The notes under the pieces were generated by a model, which did not search any database, had not been told where the DNA came from, and saw only the letters and a list, made by a program, of their open reading frames with translations. This document shows, piece after piece, positions 27,880 to 40,550 of a stretch of 64,000 nucleotides of DNA (within the stretch, counting starts at the first letter, position 1; every line of letters begins with the position of its first letter). The translations under genes were made by a program, and so were the position numbers. Origin of the DNA: the human T2T-CHM13v2.0 reference genome, Homo sapiens; NCBI RefSeq assembly GCF_009914755.1, contig NC_060926.1; one strand, written 5' to 3'.

Positions 27880-28390
27880 CTTCACTCACCTCTACAGCTG
27901 TGGTTTGAGCTACCATCGCATCTGCAGGAATGCGACTCTATCCTTCTGCTCGGTCTCCCTGCCTCAAAAGCAGTGGCTACTCCTCCCATTGTACCCTGCT
28001 TCCAACCCATTCTCCACAGGGTAGCTGTGGGAATCTTTCTAAAAGGCAAATGTGACCCCACCATTCCCCTGATTGAACCCTGTGATGGTTCTCTGTGTTT
28101 TTTCATTCTCCCCATGGTGTGGACCCCTGCCCATGCCCTGAGTCCTCCCAGCCCCACCTCCTGCTCTCTACATTCACAGGACCCCAGGACTCCCCTGCCC
28201 CAGATGTCTGGAAGTCCCTTCTCTCATTCTTTATGAGAGGCAAGCTCCTGCCTGTCCTTTCAGATCTTCACTTAGATTTGACTTCCCCTGGGAGATATTG
28301 GTTGGCCCCTGAGATCAGAGGTGGTGCCTCCTCTGTGTGCTGGTGGGGTCCTGGGCTCTAGCCACAGAAGCACCTGTCAGCTACATGTTG
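27880..28390 (+). mobile_element. L2 fragment
   Basis: TTCCAACCCATTCTCCACAGGGTAGC..ATCTTTCTAAAAGGCAAATGTGACC. Confidence 0.75.
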
Positions 28391-28399
28391 GTGAGATGG

Positions 28400-28655
28400 T
28401 TTTATGGCACCTGGCTCAGCGCGGGCCCTGATGCAGACAGTCCAGGTGTGACCCCTGGCTCTGCCATTCACTGGCTTTGTGTCCTCTGAAAAGCCACGTC
28501 ACACCCCTAAGCCTCTTTCTTTCCCTGTAGAATGAGGACAGCAGCAGCCTCTCCCTCCTCCCTCGGAGGGTTATTTTGAGCCTTGAATGATTTCATGTGG
28601 ATTGAGTGCCTTGAACATGGGTGTATTGTCAGTGTTAAATACGAGTTAACTAATA
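28400..28655 (+). mobile_element. MIR (its 3' tail supplies the antisense exon-2 donor)
   Basis: CCTGGCTCTGCCATTCACTGGCTTTGTG..CTGTAGAATGAGGA. Confidence 0.75.
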
Positions 28656-28656
28656 C

Positions 28657-28780
28657 CTGTTTTGTCTCCTGTGTTTGCCCCATGCCTGATCCCCATGCCG
28701 GTGGAGGCTGTTTCCATCTTTTGTCTGTGGTCTCCATAAATGCAGCCAGTGTTGAACACCCAGTAGAGGATCAGGCACTG
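28657..28780 (-). CDS. Coding exon 2 (A-VPDPLLGVQHWLHLWRPQTKDGNSLHRHGDQAWGKHRRQN-S)
   Basis: Acceptor CTCTGAATTTTCCATTTCAG|CAG; 124 nt (2+120+2); donor ACAG|GTATTA. Phase matches exon 1 (G+CA=Ala) and exon 3 (AG+T=Ser). Lies inside ORF-track frame 28650..28883. Confidence 0.65.
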
Positions 28781-28865
28781 CTGAAATGGAAAATTCAGAG
28801 AATGAGTGGCCCATGGAAGGCAGAAGACGTGGGCCCGCCTGCTGAGGGAGAGCAGGTGAGGAGGC

Positions 28866-29175
28866 CAGAAACCTATTCCTCACAGTTTTGGAGGTTGGAA
28901 GTCCAAAGTCAAAGTCCAGCAGGTTTGGTTTCTGGTGACGGCCACCCGCTGGCTATGTCTCCACATGGCCAGAAATGTGCACCTAAACTGAGAGGCAGGG
29001 AGCTCTCTGCTATCTCTTCTTGTAAAGACACAAATCCGATTAAGTCAAGGCCCCACCCTTATGACTCATTTAACCTTAATTACTTCCTTAGAGGCCCCAT
29101 CTCCAAATACAGCCACACAGGCGGTTAGGGCTTTAGCATAGGAATTGCAGAGACACAGACATTCAGTCCATAGCA
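28866..29175 (-). mobile_element. MLT1A-like LTR (partial)
   Basis: CTCACAGTTTTGGAGGTTGGAAGTCC ... ACATTCAGTCCATAGCA. Confidence 0.85.
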
Positions 29176-29929
29176 ACCCTCCTGCCCTAGACCCCCTGGC
29201 TCTGTATACAGAGAGAACAACACTGTCCTCCCCACATTCTCTGGTGTGAAGAGGTGAAAGGGAAAATCATTTCATCAGCACTCCACCTAAGCCAGCTGCT
29301 CTAGCCACGGCTGCTAATGACCAGCTAAGCGTGTCCATTGCTTCTGGAGCCTGAGAATTTGGTTTTTTTGTTTTTTTTTTAACAGGGGACCTTATTAGCT
29401 GCTAACTGCTGAGATGAGAAATTGTGGTCAGACCATTCAGGTGCTCAGCCTTTCAGCTGAAGTCCCCTCCCAGGGGCCTGCCTCTGCCTCTGCATACTCA
29501 GAATTTTCCAGCCAGTTCAGTTTCTGTCAAGTAATTATTTACAAATTAGATTCCCAGGGAATACATGATAAGAGAATGTAAGCATGGCACCCTTAAATCA
29601 CAACAAACTATTGCTCAATAAAAGACAAACCATTAATCCAATAGCCAATGCTAGAAAACTCAGGGACCTGCCACAGTACCAGCCCACAACTGAGGCATTT
29701 ATCACCACTTAGTCTTCCTGAGTACAGCTGAGAATTTATACAGGGACAGTGACAGATAGAGGCTCTCTAGTCTAGGGCATCAGTACACAATACTTTTTTT
29801 CAAATCATTTTCTCAATTCAAAATACCTGAGCACTCTATAAAATATGGGAATTATTTATCTGTGGTTTCATTAAAGCTATCATAATTGCTTGTTTTAAAG
29901 CATGTACTATTGCTAGGAATAGGTTACGT

Positions 29930-30445
29930 ATTATGACATATCCTGCAAAATATCTTCAAATAGCCAGTCCCTCTGCCTCCCTAGAACATGGCATATGTTA
30001 TTCAATGTTACGGATGTTCCACTGGAAAGACTACATTTACCACCCTCTCTCTGGCTGGGTGTGGCCATCTGAGCTCTGGCAAAGGCTGTGCAAGATGAAA
30101 TGTATATGTGGGGGTGAAATGGCAAGGCGGGGGCTGCCTCATGAAAGCAGAAGGGAAGGGAGTGGCACTCTTTTCCCTCTTCCTCTTTTCTGCTCTCTGA
30201 AATATGGATGTGATATCTAGAACACCCACAAATATCTTGACCATGAGATAACCTTGAGATATAAGCAAGCCATGAGCTAAGATAGTTGAAGAATAAGACA
30301 GGAGGGGCCTGAGTAGGGGTGACCATGCCACGGTCACCCAGCCATCCACAGCTTCACAGAGAGAGTGAACTAGCCTTTGTGTCATCAGAGCCTGTGTTCG
30401 TGAGGTGTTCTGTGATGTGCACCCGCACCTGATCCTCAGTGCTGC
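29930..30445 (+). mobile_element. Old MLT1 (K/J/L-like) LTR
   Basis: ATCTTGACCATGAG..AAGCCATGAGCTAAGATAG..AAGACAGGAGGGGCCTG core; boundaries approximate. Confidence 0.65.
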
Positions 30446-32284
30446 CATGCCCATGTCACGCTAGGGTCCATAGCGGGCACATTCATCTGAAACCCGGAGC
30501 TCATTCACAGACAGTGCATTTGTGATTCTTTCACTGATTCACTCACAAATTATTTGCTGAAGCTCTGTTTGCTAAGCTTCCAAAAGCCAATTCTGTCCCC
30601 TAAAGTTTCCAATCTAGTTCAGACATAAAATCAGCCATTATGTGGTTAAGAGATAAGGCAAGACGCCTCAAGCAGGACGACTCTCCTGTGCTAGAATTGT
30701 ACCAGGGTCAAAATATTGGAATTGGATATGGCTAGTCTTTTTCTTTTTGAAGGTCTTCAGGATAGAAATTTGGGAGAGAGGTGGCCAACAGGGCAATGCG
30801 TGTGCGTGTGTGTGTGTGCATACCTGTGCTCTTGTGCATGTGAGGATGTTGGAAGATGGAGAAGGAAAGATAGAGAAACAGAAGAAAAGCATGGGACGCT
30901 GCAGATAAATGCAACCAAATTAACATTTCCTCCCAAAGTACCATGATTCTTAACATTTACATCTAAGCACTAACTTATCTGCACTTAAGGGTTGTGAAAA
31001 CTCTAGCCTCCATAGCAAAAAATTTAGTATAATAGCTCAACTCCATATAATTTTATTATTTCCAATAAAAACAAAATGTTAAGTATATAACTAAATAGAA
31101 TTGAGTTTTTATGTTTATGTAAGACTCTTCGCATCATTAGACTCACCCATCTATAAACTGCATTTTCTACCATGGCCCCAAGTATAAAAAGGATGATATG
31201 ATTACCGTAATCTCAAGACATCTACACAATCCTGGGAAAAACCCAAACAACTATGAATCTCCCAGTGGGGGAAAGGTCATTTTGATATTTCTCTGATGTT
31301 ACTTATTACTAAACTCACAAATTTCAAATTATAGTCATATTATTTGAAATTATAAATATGATCTGCCTAGAATAAGCCCCACTAACATGTGAGCACAGCT
31401 CGGAGGTAGAATCAGCCACATCATGTACTTTACACTGAAAATTCCACTCTTTTTCAAGAGTGTGTTAATGGCCTCTGCCTGCAAGTGTGGGCCCATGTGC
31501 TTTTTTCCAAAAACCAAAATGACAATAATTAAACCAGGCAGCTGCTGCCCCTAGCAATATGACAACCTCTCCCTGCTCCCTGGAATTTGCTGGAATCACC
31601 CTACTTGAGCTCATCCCGTTCGAATTAGCTGCTCTCTCCCTGTGCCCTGGCGATCTGGGTGAGTTTCCCATCTATTAGCTGAATTATTCAGATGTTTTCC
31701 CACAATGGCCCTAGCAGTCCTCATATAACTAGTTTCTAAATCAACAGTGAATTACATTATTGACAATCTGAGCAGATTAATTAAGAAATCTGTCAGGAAT
31801 GACGCGATGAGAGCTGGCTCCTGTTCAAGGCGGATCCGCAGTCTTCAAGACAGAAGTACGCTTGATGTGGCTTCAGAAGTGAGGGGTGAGTAACAGCAGC
31901 AGACCCAGGCACAGGCCACACCCACTGGGCTTAGCAGGACAGCCAGCATGGGAAGGCTGGGCTGGAGGTAGTAAGTCTCACACTCACACAGCTTCACAGG
32001 GCTGCTGGCTGGCTTGCATCAACTAAAGTGTAGGGCTGAAAAAAACATTCTGTGAACCCTCAAGCACTTTTTCAATGTGAGCTATGTATTGTTATTCCCA
32101 TGCACAGACCCTGGGTGACAGAAACCATCATAGCTATGTCAGAAGAGGCTACTTTGCTTTTAAGCTTTTAAATGCCTGTTTTGGGGGGCTCTCAGGCCCC
32201 CCAAAAGCCAAACATCCTAGAAAATCCATTTTGGTGCCCAGCAACAAGAAAGCAACTTCTGTTCTATATACATCTATTCCTTCA

Positions 32285-32641
32285 TGCATTAGTCCATTTT
32301 CACACTGCTATAAAGAAATGTCTGAGAGTGGGTAATTTATAAACAAAAGAGGTTTCATTAATTCACAGTTCCACTTGGCTGGGGAGACCTCAGGAAACTT
32401 AACCATCATGGCAGAAGGGGGAGCAAGGCAAGTCTTACATGGCAGCAGGCAAGAGAGGGAGTGAGCAGGGGAAACTGCCACTTTAAAACCATCAGATCTT
32501 GTGAGAACTCCCTCACTACAAGAACAGCACAGAGGAAACTGCCCACATGATTCAATCACCTCCCACCAGGCCCCTCCCTTGACATGTGGGATTACAATTC
32601 CGGATGAGATTTGGGTGGGGACACAGAGCCAAACCATATCA
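32285..32641 (-). mobile_element. THE1D/MSTA-like solo LTR
   Basis: Consensus match; perfect TSD CTTCA. Confidence 0.95.
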
Positions 32642-33993
32642 CTTCATAATAAAATTATAGTTGCTTTCTCCAGAGAATCTTGCAATCGAAACCCAACATA
32701 AATGCAAATAAATAAATAAGAATTAAAAATCAGAATATCACAGAGTTCTGTTTGATCTAATTGATTTAATTTGAGGATTTTTTTTTGAGACCCTACTAGA
32801 TCCATCAGCAATAATTTTGCAAATTTTCAGTGGATAACACAAAAGTTGTAAATTCCGAAGTCCTAGGTTCAAGTTTGAATGAAGCCCTCAGGAACTGGGT
32901 AGTCTTGGACCTGCCACTCCCAAAGCTGAGTGTTTCCACCTGCAAAGAAAAGATCCCTGCCTCCCACGCGGCTGTGAGGATCAGGTAGAAAAATGTGTTT
33001 GAAAGAGGGATTGGCTGATGTGTTATCCAACACACAACTTAAATATCTCATTTCATTTAATATTTACAACAACCTGCAATAAATGCATTATCTCTGTTTT
33101 AAGAATAAGAACAAGGAAGGTGAGTACATTTTTCAATATCAGAGGGTTGCTAGTAGCAGAGGCTGGCCCTAAGCCCCAGGCATCAGGCTCCCATATGAGG
33201 TTAGGGGTGTCCTGGGGAACTTGGGTTGTAGCTGAGCTCCAGAGGGTGAGTCAAGGTTTTCAGGAGAGAGGGAACATGGTGAGGGCAGGAATGCTGGGAA
33301 GGAGGGTGCCCTGGGCATCCTGTAGAGGAGCCACTGTAGGACCGGGGTGCTGTGTGGGGTGCATGGTGTGTCTGAGAACCAGCAAGTGGTATAATGAAGC
33401 CAAGTGGTGCCAAAGAAGCCAGGCAGAAGGTGAAAGAGAGGCCATGACAATTATCCTAATAGCAACAACCACAGCAGCAACCTGATTGACACTAACGAGA
33501 ATGAGCTGGGGGTCTGATGGCGTTCAGGGTGTTTCACACATGCTAATTAACCCAGTGCTCCTTTCACCACGTGATCAATGAAGACAGTGAGGCCGAGAGG
33601 GGTGACGTCACTGGACACTGGCTATGAAGTGGACTTTGAGGGCCTGAAGGACAAGAAGAAATGTGTGGCCCCGAACAACAAGAGACCATCATGAGAAGGG
33701 CAGATGGCCGCGTGAGCAGTGAGCTTCCCATCACTGAAGCTTTCACGCAGGAGTTAGAAGAACATTTTCCTGGAATGCTGTAAAGCAGTTCTGACATCTT
33801 ATCTCTTCTACCTCCAGATTCTGTAAGGTTCAGAATTGGGATCAGTCTCCTGACCTGGTGTTCTTAAAAGTTCTCATTGTGCACACCCAGTCACCTAACA
33901 GAACCTAGGGCAAAGAAGAGTGGAGTTTACTGATACCAAAAATGGGAATAAATTAAAAGGAATATCTTCCTAGATCAGAGATGAGACTGTTCA

Positions 33994-34420
<427 letters not shown>

Positions 34421-36409
34421 AGACTCAGGGCTGCCTGCTGGACCTGCTTGGACCTGCAGGGTGGGTGCTGATTTAGGACAAGAATAGGATCAATTCGAGG
34501 TGCATTCTAGAAGCTACTAGTCTACAGCAGCCTCACATATCATCACTCACTGCTGTTTGCTTGGAAATCTGCAGTCTTCAGTTCCACTACTCAACTGAAG
34601 CACGCAGAGCTCTGGGGGTTCCTCTCAGGGACAGGCTTGGGGCATCAAGCATCCTTTTCAAGCATTCCCCTTCCCCCCAACCTCAGCCAGAGCACAAGTC
34701 TCTGATTAATTTATCATATTTGGTTTATCTTTGAGACTGTGTTGAATAAAAGGGTTTGGCTGCTTCTGTAGACTAAAAACGCTCTCCAAAAACATTAAAG
34801 ACTGTTTTTAACCTACTCTTTAAAACACCTAATTCTATGCACTATGCTGAAATATTTTTGGGGGTGGCAATGAAGATTTTCACAAAAGAGTGTCCTGATT
34901 TTCCCGGAATTCTTAGATTCTAAAATTCTGCATTTTCTGACATTCTGATTTCCTACTGCCAATCAAAGACTGACAGTCCACACCTGCCTCTTCGCCCCAG
35001 GTTTTCTGTGGTAGAAACTTCCTTTCCTTAATGAGCTGGAAGAGTTTTTGAAAACATTAGAAAGAAGGAGACAATATTAAAATGACAAAGCCTGTGAGTA
35101 GAAAAAATTCAAGACCAGAGAATAGAAGAAAAGCTGCTTTAGTTACTGAGAAATTCTCCATGAGGTAGCCAGCCAGAGGGACATAGAGTGGTGGAGATAG
35201 CCACGTTCATCACATGAAAAGCCAAACCCCTCCATGAACCTCCCCAAGCATATACCTGTCTCCAGGCTTACGTAGTGGAGACTGAATCATTCCTTAAGTT
35301 GCTAAAATCTACCTTTAAAGGTTCCTGAAAGATGTTGCAATCATTCTGGGAAATAGATCTATGTGTCATTCAAAATGAGCTCATCAACATGATGCATAAA
35401 TTGGGCACCAATACAAAGTTTAATATTTCAGAGTAAATGGTGAATCTTTAGGAATTCATCTGTTTAGAAACCAACAACTGACTAGGAGGATACATTATTT
35501 CTTTTGATGGGCTTTTCACCTATATTATCTCATCTAATCCTTCAACAATTCTCAGTGTAGCTGCTATTATCCCCATTTTATAGAAACAAGAACTAGGGCT
35601 CTGCAACCTCACATGAGCTACTTGCCCAAGCTACTGGTACTTGAGCCCAGGTCCTCTGATTAAGCATCTTGCATTCTTGCTCCTACACTGAAGGCTTTCA
35701 AACAGTGGCCCACAGAGATCCCAAACTAACAACAGCAGTAATAATAATGATCCTAACAGCCACGACAATAGTTCACACGTATTGAGTACTTAATATGGAC
35801 CAGCCAGTCTGTTGAGTGTTTTAGACACCTTATCTTTTTAACTTTCTCCGGAATCCCATGAATAATTCCATCACTTGACCAAGGTCACACAGATAACATG
35901 GGGCGAAGCTGAGCTAAAACCCAGGAGGCATCAGGTTGACCCACCAGCACCTCTCCTTCCATGGGATACATCAGGGACCATTTCTGTGGGTGGGAAAATG
36001 AGAGGTGGGCACAGTGGCAGGTCTTGGGGCTCCCAATTATTCCTTAAACGGACCAGCTCTTCTTTCTGTCTTGGGATTCCATGAAGGCAGTGATAGAGCA
36101 GAGGGTCACAGTAGGGCTTCAAGGTGACATTAGCCCTACCTTCTCTGGACTTACACAATCTCCTACCCAATCACCACAAATGAACACATCCACAAATTAG
36201 AAACAAGATTCTTGCTATGCAAACACAGGTGCAAGGCAAGTCCCCAACCAAAGGACTCATCTTCACACCCAGGTACCACTTGAGATTTCATTTAATGAAA
36301 GAGTTCTGTGGCAAGCATAAATAATTTACTTAAAGTTTCCAAATGGCTGCAGTGGCAGCCAAGCAATGGTATTTCTACTGTTCCAAGAGGGGGTGATTCA
36401 GACTCTTGC

Positions 36410-36570
36410 TTCTCAAAGAAATAGCCCACAGACTGGCAGTGTCAACCCCATCGGCCAGTTAGTTAGAAACTCACAACCCAGTAGGTTCCACCCAAACCGA
36501 TGAGTCAGAACCTGTATTTTAATAAGATCTCCATGAGTTTTGCATGGAGATGAAAATTCGCAAGATAGAG
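36410..36570. mobile_element. MER5A-like DNA transposon
   Basis: CTTCTCAAAG..GTCAGAACCTGTATTTTAATAAGATCTCCA. Similar remnants at ~1330-1815 and ~61150-61300. Confidence 0.65.
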
Positions 36571-37171
36571 CTCTAAAAGACCACCAAGTAAGGTGATTTG
36601 AAAAATGGGACAAGATTCTAAAATTTCCAAGTGATTTCCAGCACTGACTTGGGATCTCTCTTCTCCATTATCCATTTGATGAAGGCTGTGCCTTCAGAAA
36701 TCCCTCAGCATTGGTCTATTTGTCCTCATTAACATTGCATAGTTCATCACAGACTTATCCTGGTACAGCGCTTGCCCCTGGGAGTGGAGCAGAGGCCAAT
36801 TATGGTAGCCTCACACAGAAGCATATGACTTTCTTTTAATCCTCGAGTGGGGAAGTGAAGTCATCTTTGGAGGTCTGAAGCTGCCAAAGATGAGAAACTT
36901 CTTTTATAATAAAACCCAGAGGGAATTACACCTTGTTTACTTTAAAAGTTTTAAACAGAACACATGTGCACTTACATTCGGAGTCCATGGAGAGGCTTAA
37001 TCATATTTTACATGAAGAAAGACCTACTCACAGTACCCTGGGCAAGTTACATAGACTTTCTGAGCCTCAATTCTTTTCATCCATAAAATAGAAATAATAA
37101 TAGTATCGACTTCACAGCATTGATTGAATATGTGCAAAGTGCCCAGAACACACAATAAGTATGTATATGGG

Positions 37172-37198
37172 GCACACGTGCGCGCGCGCGCGCGCACA

Positions 37199-37232
<34 letters not shown>
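37172..37232. repeat. Compound microsatellite (CG)7(CA)11(GA)8
   Basis: Direct reading. Confidence 0.95.
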
Positions 37233-37803
37233 AAAGAGTTAAAAGTTAGTGTGTTATTTCTGCACAGTTAAATTCCAGAAGTAGAGCGGTTATTATTTTC
37301 TTCCTTACACTATTCTATATTTTCAAATTTTCTACAATGACTACTTGTTATTTTAATAATCAGAAAAGATAATCATTTTTAATGAGGATGATATGTCACT
37401 AGAAATGGCTAAGGGAAAGCCATGACTTCTGGAAGGCTGGTGGTGGAGAAGCTGTGGAGCATAATGAGAAAAGCACAGAATTACCACATCATGACCTTGC
37501 CACTTCGGGGCCATTATATCTTGACCAAGTCGCTTTGCCTCTCCAGACCTCATTTCATCATTGGCAAAATGGAATCACAACGTCTTCTCTGTAACTCCAC
37601 TGCATTTCTAAAAAGGTCAAATCTGATCATGTATATAATGTGCTTTCTGTAATATAAAAGGCCTCCCTGTTATTATTTCTGTATTATTATTATTATCATT
37701 TATGGACAGAAAACATTAACACTCAAGAAAAAATGTATTCACATTTTTTACTTTATATGAAAATGTTGACATAGATTATATCCATTCTTTTAGGAATATT
37801 ACA

Positions 37804-37861
37804 TTGGAGATGAAAATAACATGGGCCCCTCCTTGGAGATGAAAATAACACGGGCCCCTTC
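37804..37861. repeat. Tandem duplication, 2 x 29 bp
   Basis: TTGGAGATGAAAATAACA(T/C)GGGCCCCT twice. Confidence 0.95.
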
Positions 37862-38101
37862 TAATATGGTTGAGTTTTACTGATATTCATTTATCTATTA
37901 AGACAGGTTGAACTGCTTTAAAATACAATTGATTAAACAAAAAACTTAACCAGTGATGTGGAGAGTAAGAAAACATCCTCCTCATATCATTCTTCCCAGT
38001 TTTAAGATGAAAAACTACAGACTGTTGAGTCCAGACTGGATGGGGGTTCCTTCACTAGGAATACAACATACTGTTGAGAATTATTTTCCCCTGGGCAGTT
38101 T

Positions 38102-38159
38102 TCCTTGGTCCTGACACTTTCTTCTTCAATCCTTGGTCCTGACACTTTCTTCTTCAATC
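38102..38159. repeat. Perfect tandem duplication, 2 x 28 bp
   Basis: TCCTTGGTCCTGACACTTTCTTCTTCAA twice. Confidence 0.97.
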
Positions 38160-38849
38160 TGTCCATCTAAAATATATTTACCCTTAGCAAGTTCAATCCT
38201 TTTCAGAAAAAACTACAAATGGTCATGTCAAATAATCACAAATTTATTTATTCTAAATATTATTACCACACAAACCTGCAATGTAAAATACTTTCTAACC
38301 TCGCACTCCACATTAAATCAAAACATATTGTGCAGACCCTTCTTAATTTATGACCAAGAAAATGCAGCTAGAAAGATGGAATCCTCTCATTTCAGATGAT
38401 TCTATAAACGAAAACGAGAGGTTTGTCATTAAGTGGTATTGATGATACCCACAGTGTTCATATGTTTGTCAATTTCATTAACCTCTCAAATTAGGTATTC
38501 ATAATGTGTTAATGACAGTGTAACACATCACTACATTATTCAATGTAATTTCGTGGATATTATGTATAGTTTGTAATGTTAGAATCTCTTGTCTTTACAG
38601 CTGTTAGAAAACATTATACTTTCCAAGATGATTAGGGGACATGTGAATACCAAACGGCAGAATCCACAGCTCAAACAATGGTCCCTGCTTGGCCTTGAAT
38701 TCTGATCACGGTATGACTAGACAGTTTCCCCTGACAAAGGACTAAGCTCCCTTTAACGTGTTATACAAGAACTAAAGAATCACAAAGCTGACAGACAGCT
38801 TGAGAATTTGTCAATTAAATTTCTTCCCTTCAGGCTAGTGGTGATAAAT

Positions 38850-39285
38850 TGAATTATTATCTATCAAACAGTCCCTCCCTCTCTCATTGGAATAGAGCAC
38901 ACTTTGCTGCCCCACTGACTATTGAGGGGATTGGCCAGTGTCTTGTTTTGGCCAAGGAAATATAAGCAAACCTGATAGGAGCAAAGGTTTTAAATGTGCT
39001 GTCATGGCTGGTTTGTCCTCTTGCACTCCTGTAATCCAGCATGAGAAGAACATGGCCCAGAGAGCCCCTTCCCCTTTAGTGTGGGCCCCAGAATAAGCCC
39101 CCTGGAGCAACCCTGAGCCTGAACAGAGCTTGGAACAAAGCCTGCCCGAGCCCAATAAGATTAGCAGAACCTCAGCCAAACCACAGACACACGGCTAGCT
39201 AAGAAACACAAATATTCATTACAAGACACTGAGAATCCAAACTTTTTTGTTACACAGCATTCTCGGGGCAATAGTAGACTCACAC
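38850..39285 (+). mobile_element. MLT1H/I-like LTR
   Basis: TTTTGGCCAAGGAAAT..CATGAGAAGAACATG..TGTTACACAGCA. Confidence 0.7.
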
Positions 39286-40459
39286 AATGGCAGAACTCTT
39301 TAACTGTTCTGTTAAACTGACAGCTGTTGCAATAGGATCATGGAATCTTCCGAGCTTTGATTTCAGAAGACAGCATTTTTGTCTCTTTCACTAAAATCTT
39401 GGCACTTATACAAAATGATATTGGGTATATCACTTAACTTTTTGTGTGTACTTCAGTTTTTTAATTCATCGATAAGTCAGTCACTCACATACATTTTTTA
39501 AAGTTATTGTCATGTTCGTTCATGTTTATTATGCTAACCACTACAAACAAAATAGGGAATAAAATTGACATGTGTTTTTTGTTTTGTTTTGTTTTTTAAC
39601 TACAGGTACCGACATTCTATAAAATGGGTATAACTCCCGGTCTGTTAACCTCATGAGGTAAGTGGAAGAGATTATAAAAGAGAGAATGCAGTAAGATCAT
39701 CTTTGTGAAAGTACTATAAGAGTTGAAAGCCATGAGCAAATTTGAGGGAATTTTATTTTGAATTTTTAGGATTTTTATTGTTTGAAATCTATCCCAAATT
39801 TTAAAAGATCCATGATCCTGCTTATGATAAGTCTGTGCCAACTCTAAAACAGCTATTCTTATCTTCAGCTGCAGGAAAATGGAAATCTTCATTTGTTTCA
39901 TCAAATATTGTATGTGTTTGATATTAGCCAAGTTCTGAACCCAGCGTAAGAAAACTAGGAATCCCTTACTTCATCTCTAAGGCTATTCGAGAAAAGATGA
40001 ATGAATTCTTCCCTTCCAATTTTTTCAGATTTATTTATATTTTTCGAATTTGTGTGTGAATTGATGCTAATTCCTTCACTTTGGCGATTGTTTAGTAACA
40101 AGGTTTAAAATGGATACATTTGAATGGCAGGACTTAGGTAAGTGGGTGTCAGTGAAGTGAGAGACAGCCCAAGGATCATAGACAAGTCGACTCCTAGAGC
40201 AGAAAGACACTCAAAGCATCACCCAATCAAACCCCCACCTGCATATGCGAAAGCTCAAACCCAGTGGCTGCAGGACCACACTTCGGAAGAGCAAGAATGA
40301 CACTGGCAGCTCTCTACCACAGTCCCATGTCCTCACTTTAGTTAAACTTTACAGAGAGTGAAACAATCAGCTAAGAAAAAAAACCAACAGGCAAGTATCT
40401 TTCATCTGCAATGCTCAGTTCTGGGTTGGGAGATGGGTAGTAGAGATGTATATACTTAC

Positions 40460-40550
40460 CCAGAAAGCATTTCCAGTCTCTAGGTGATCCGATCAGCTCA
40501 GCCAGGCAGCCTCCTTCAAAGTTATCACGTGCTTTTTCTCTTTGAACCAT
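40460..40550 (-). CDS. Coding exon 1 of a spliced 139-aa uncharacterised ORF (MVQREKARDNFEGGCLAELIGSPRDWKCFL, phase 1)
   Basis: ATG at 40550 with an in-frame upstream TGA 15 nt earlier; 91 nt open; ends at a consensus donor CTGG|GTAAGT (40460/40459). Non-repeat sequence. Confidence 0.65.

Noticed and set aside
31797-31885. Possible plus-strand exon (AG...GGG|GTGAGT) with an open frame
   Set aside because: No polypyrimidine tract and no compatible partner exons found.
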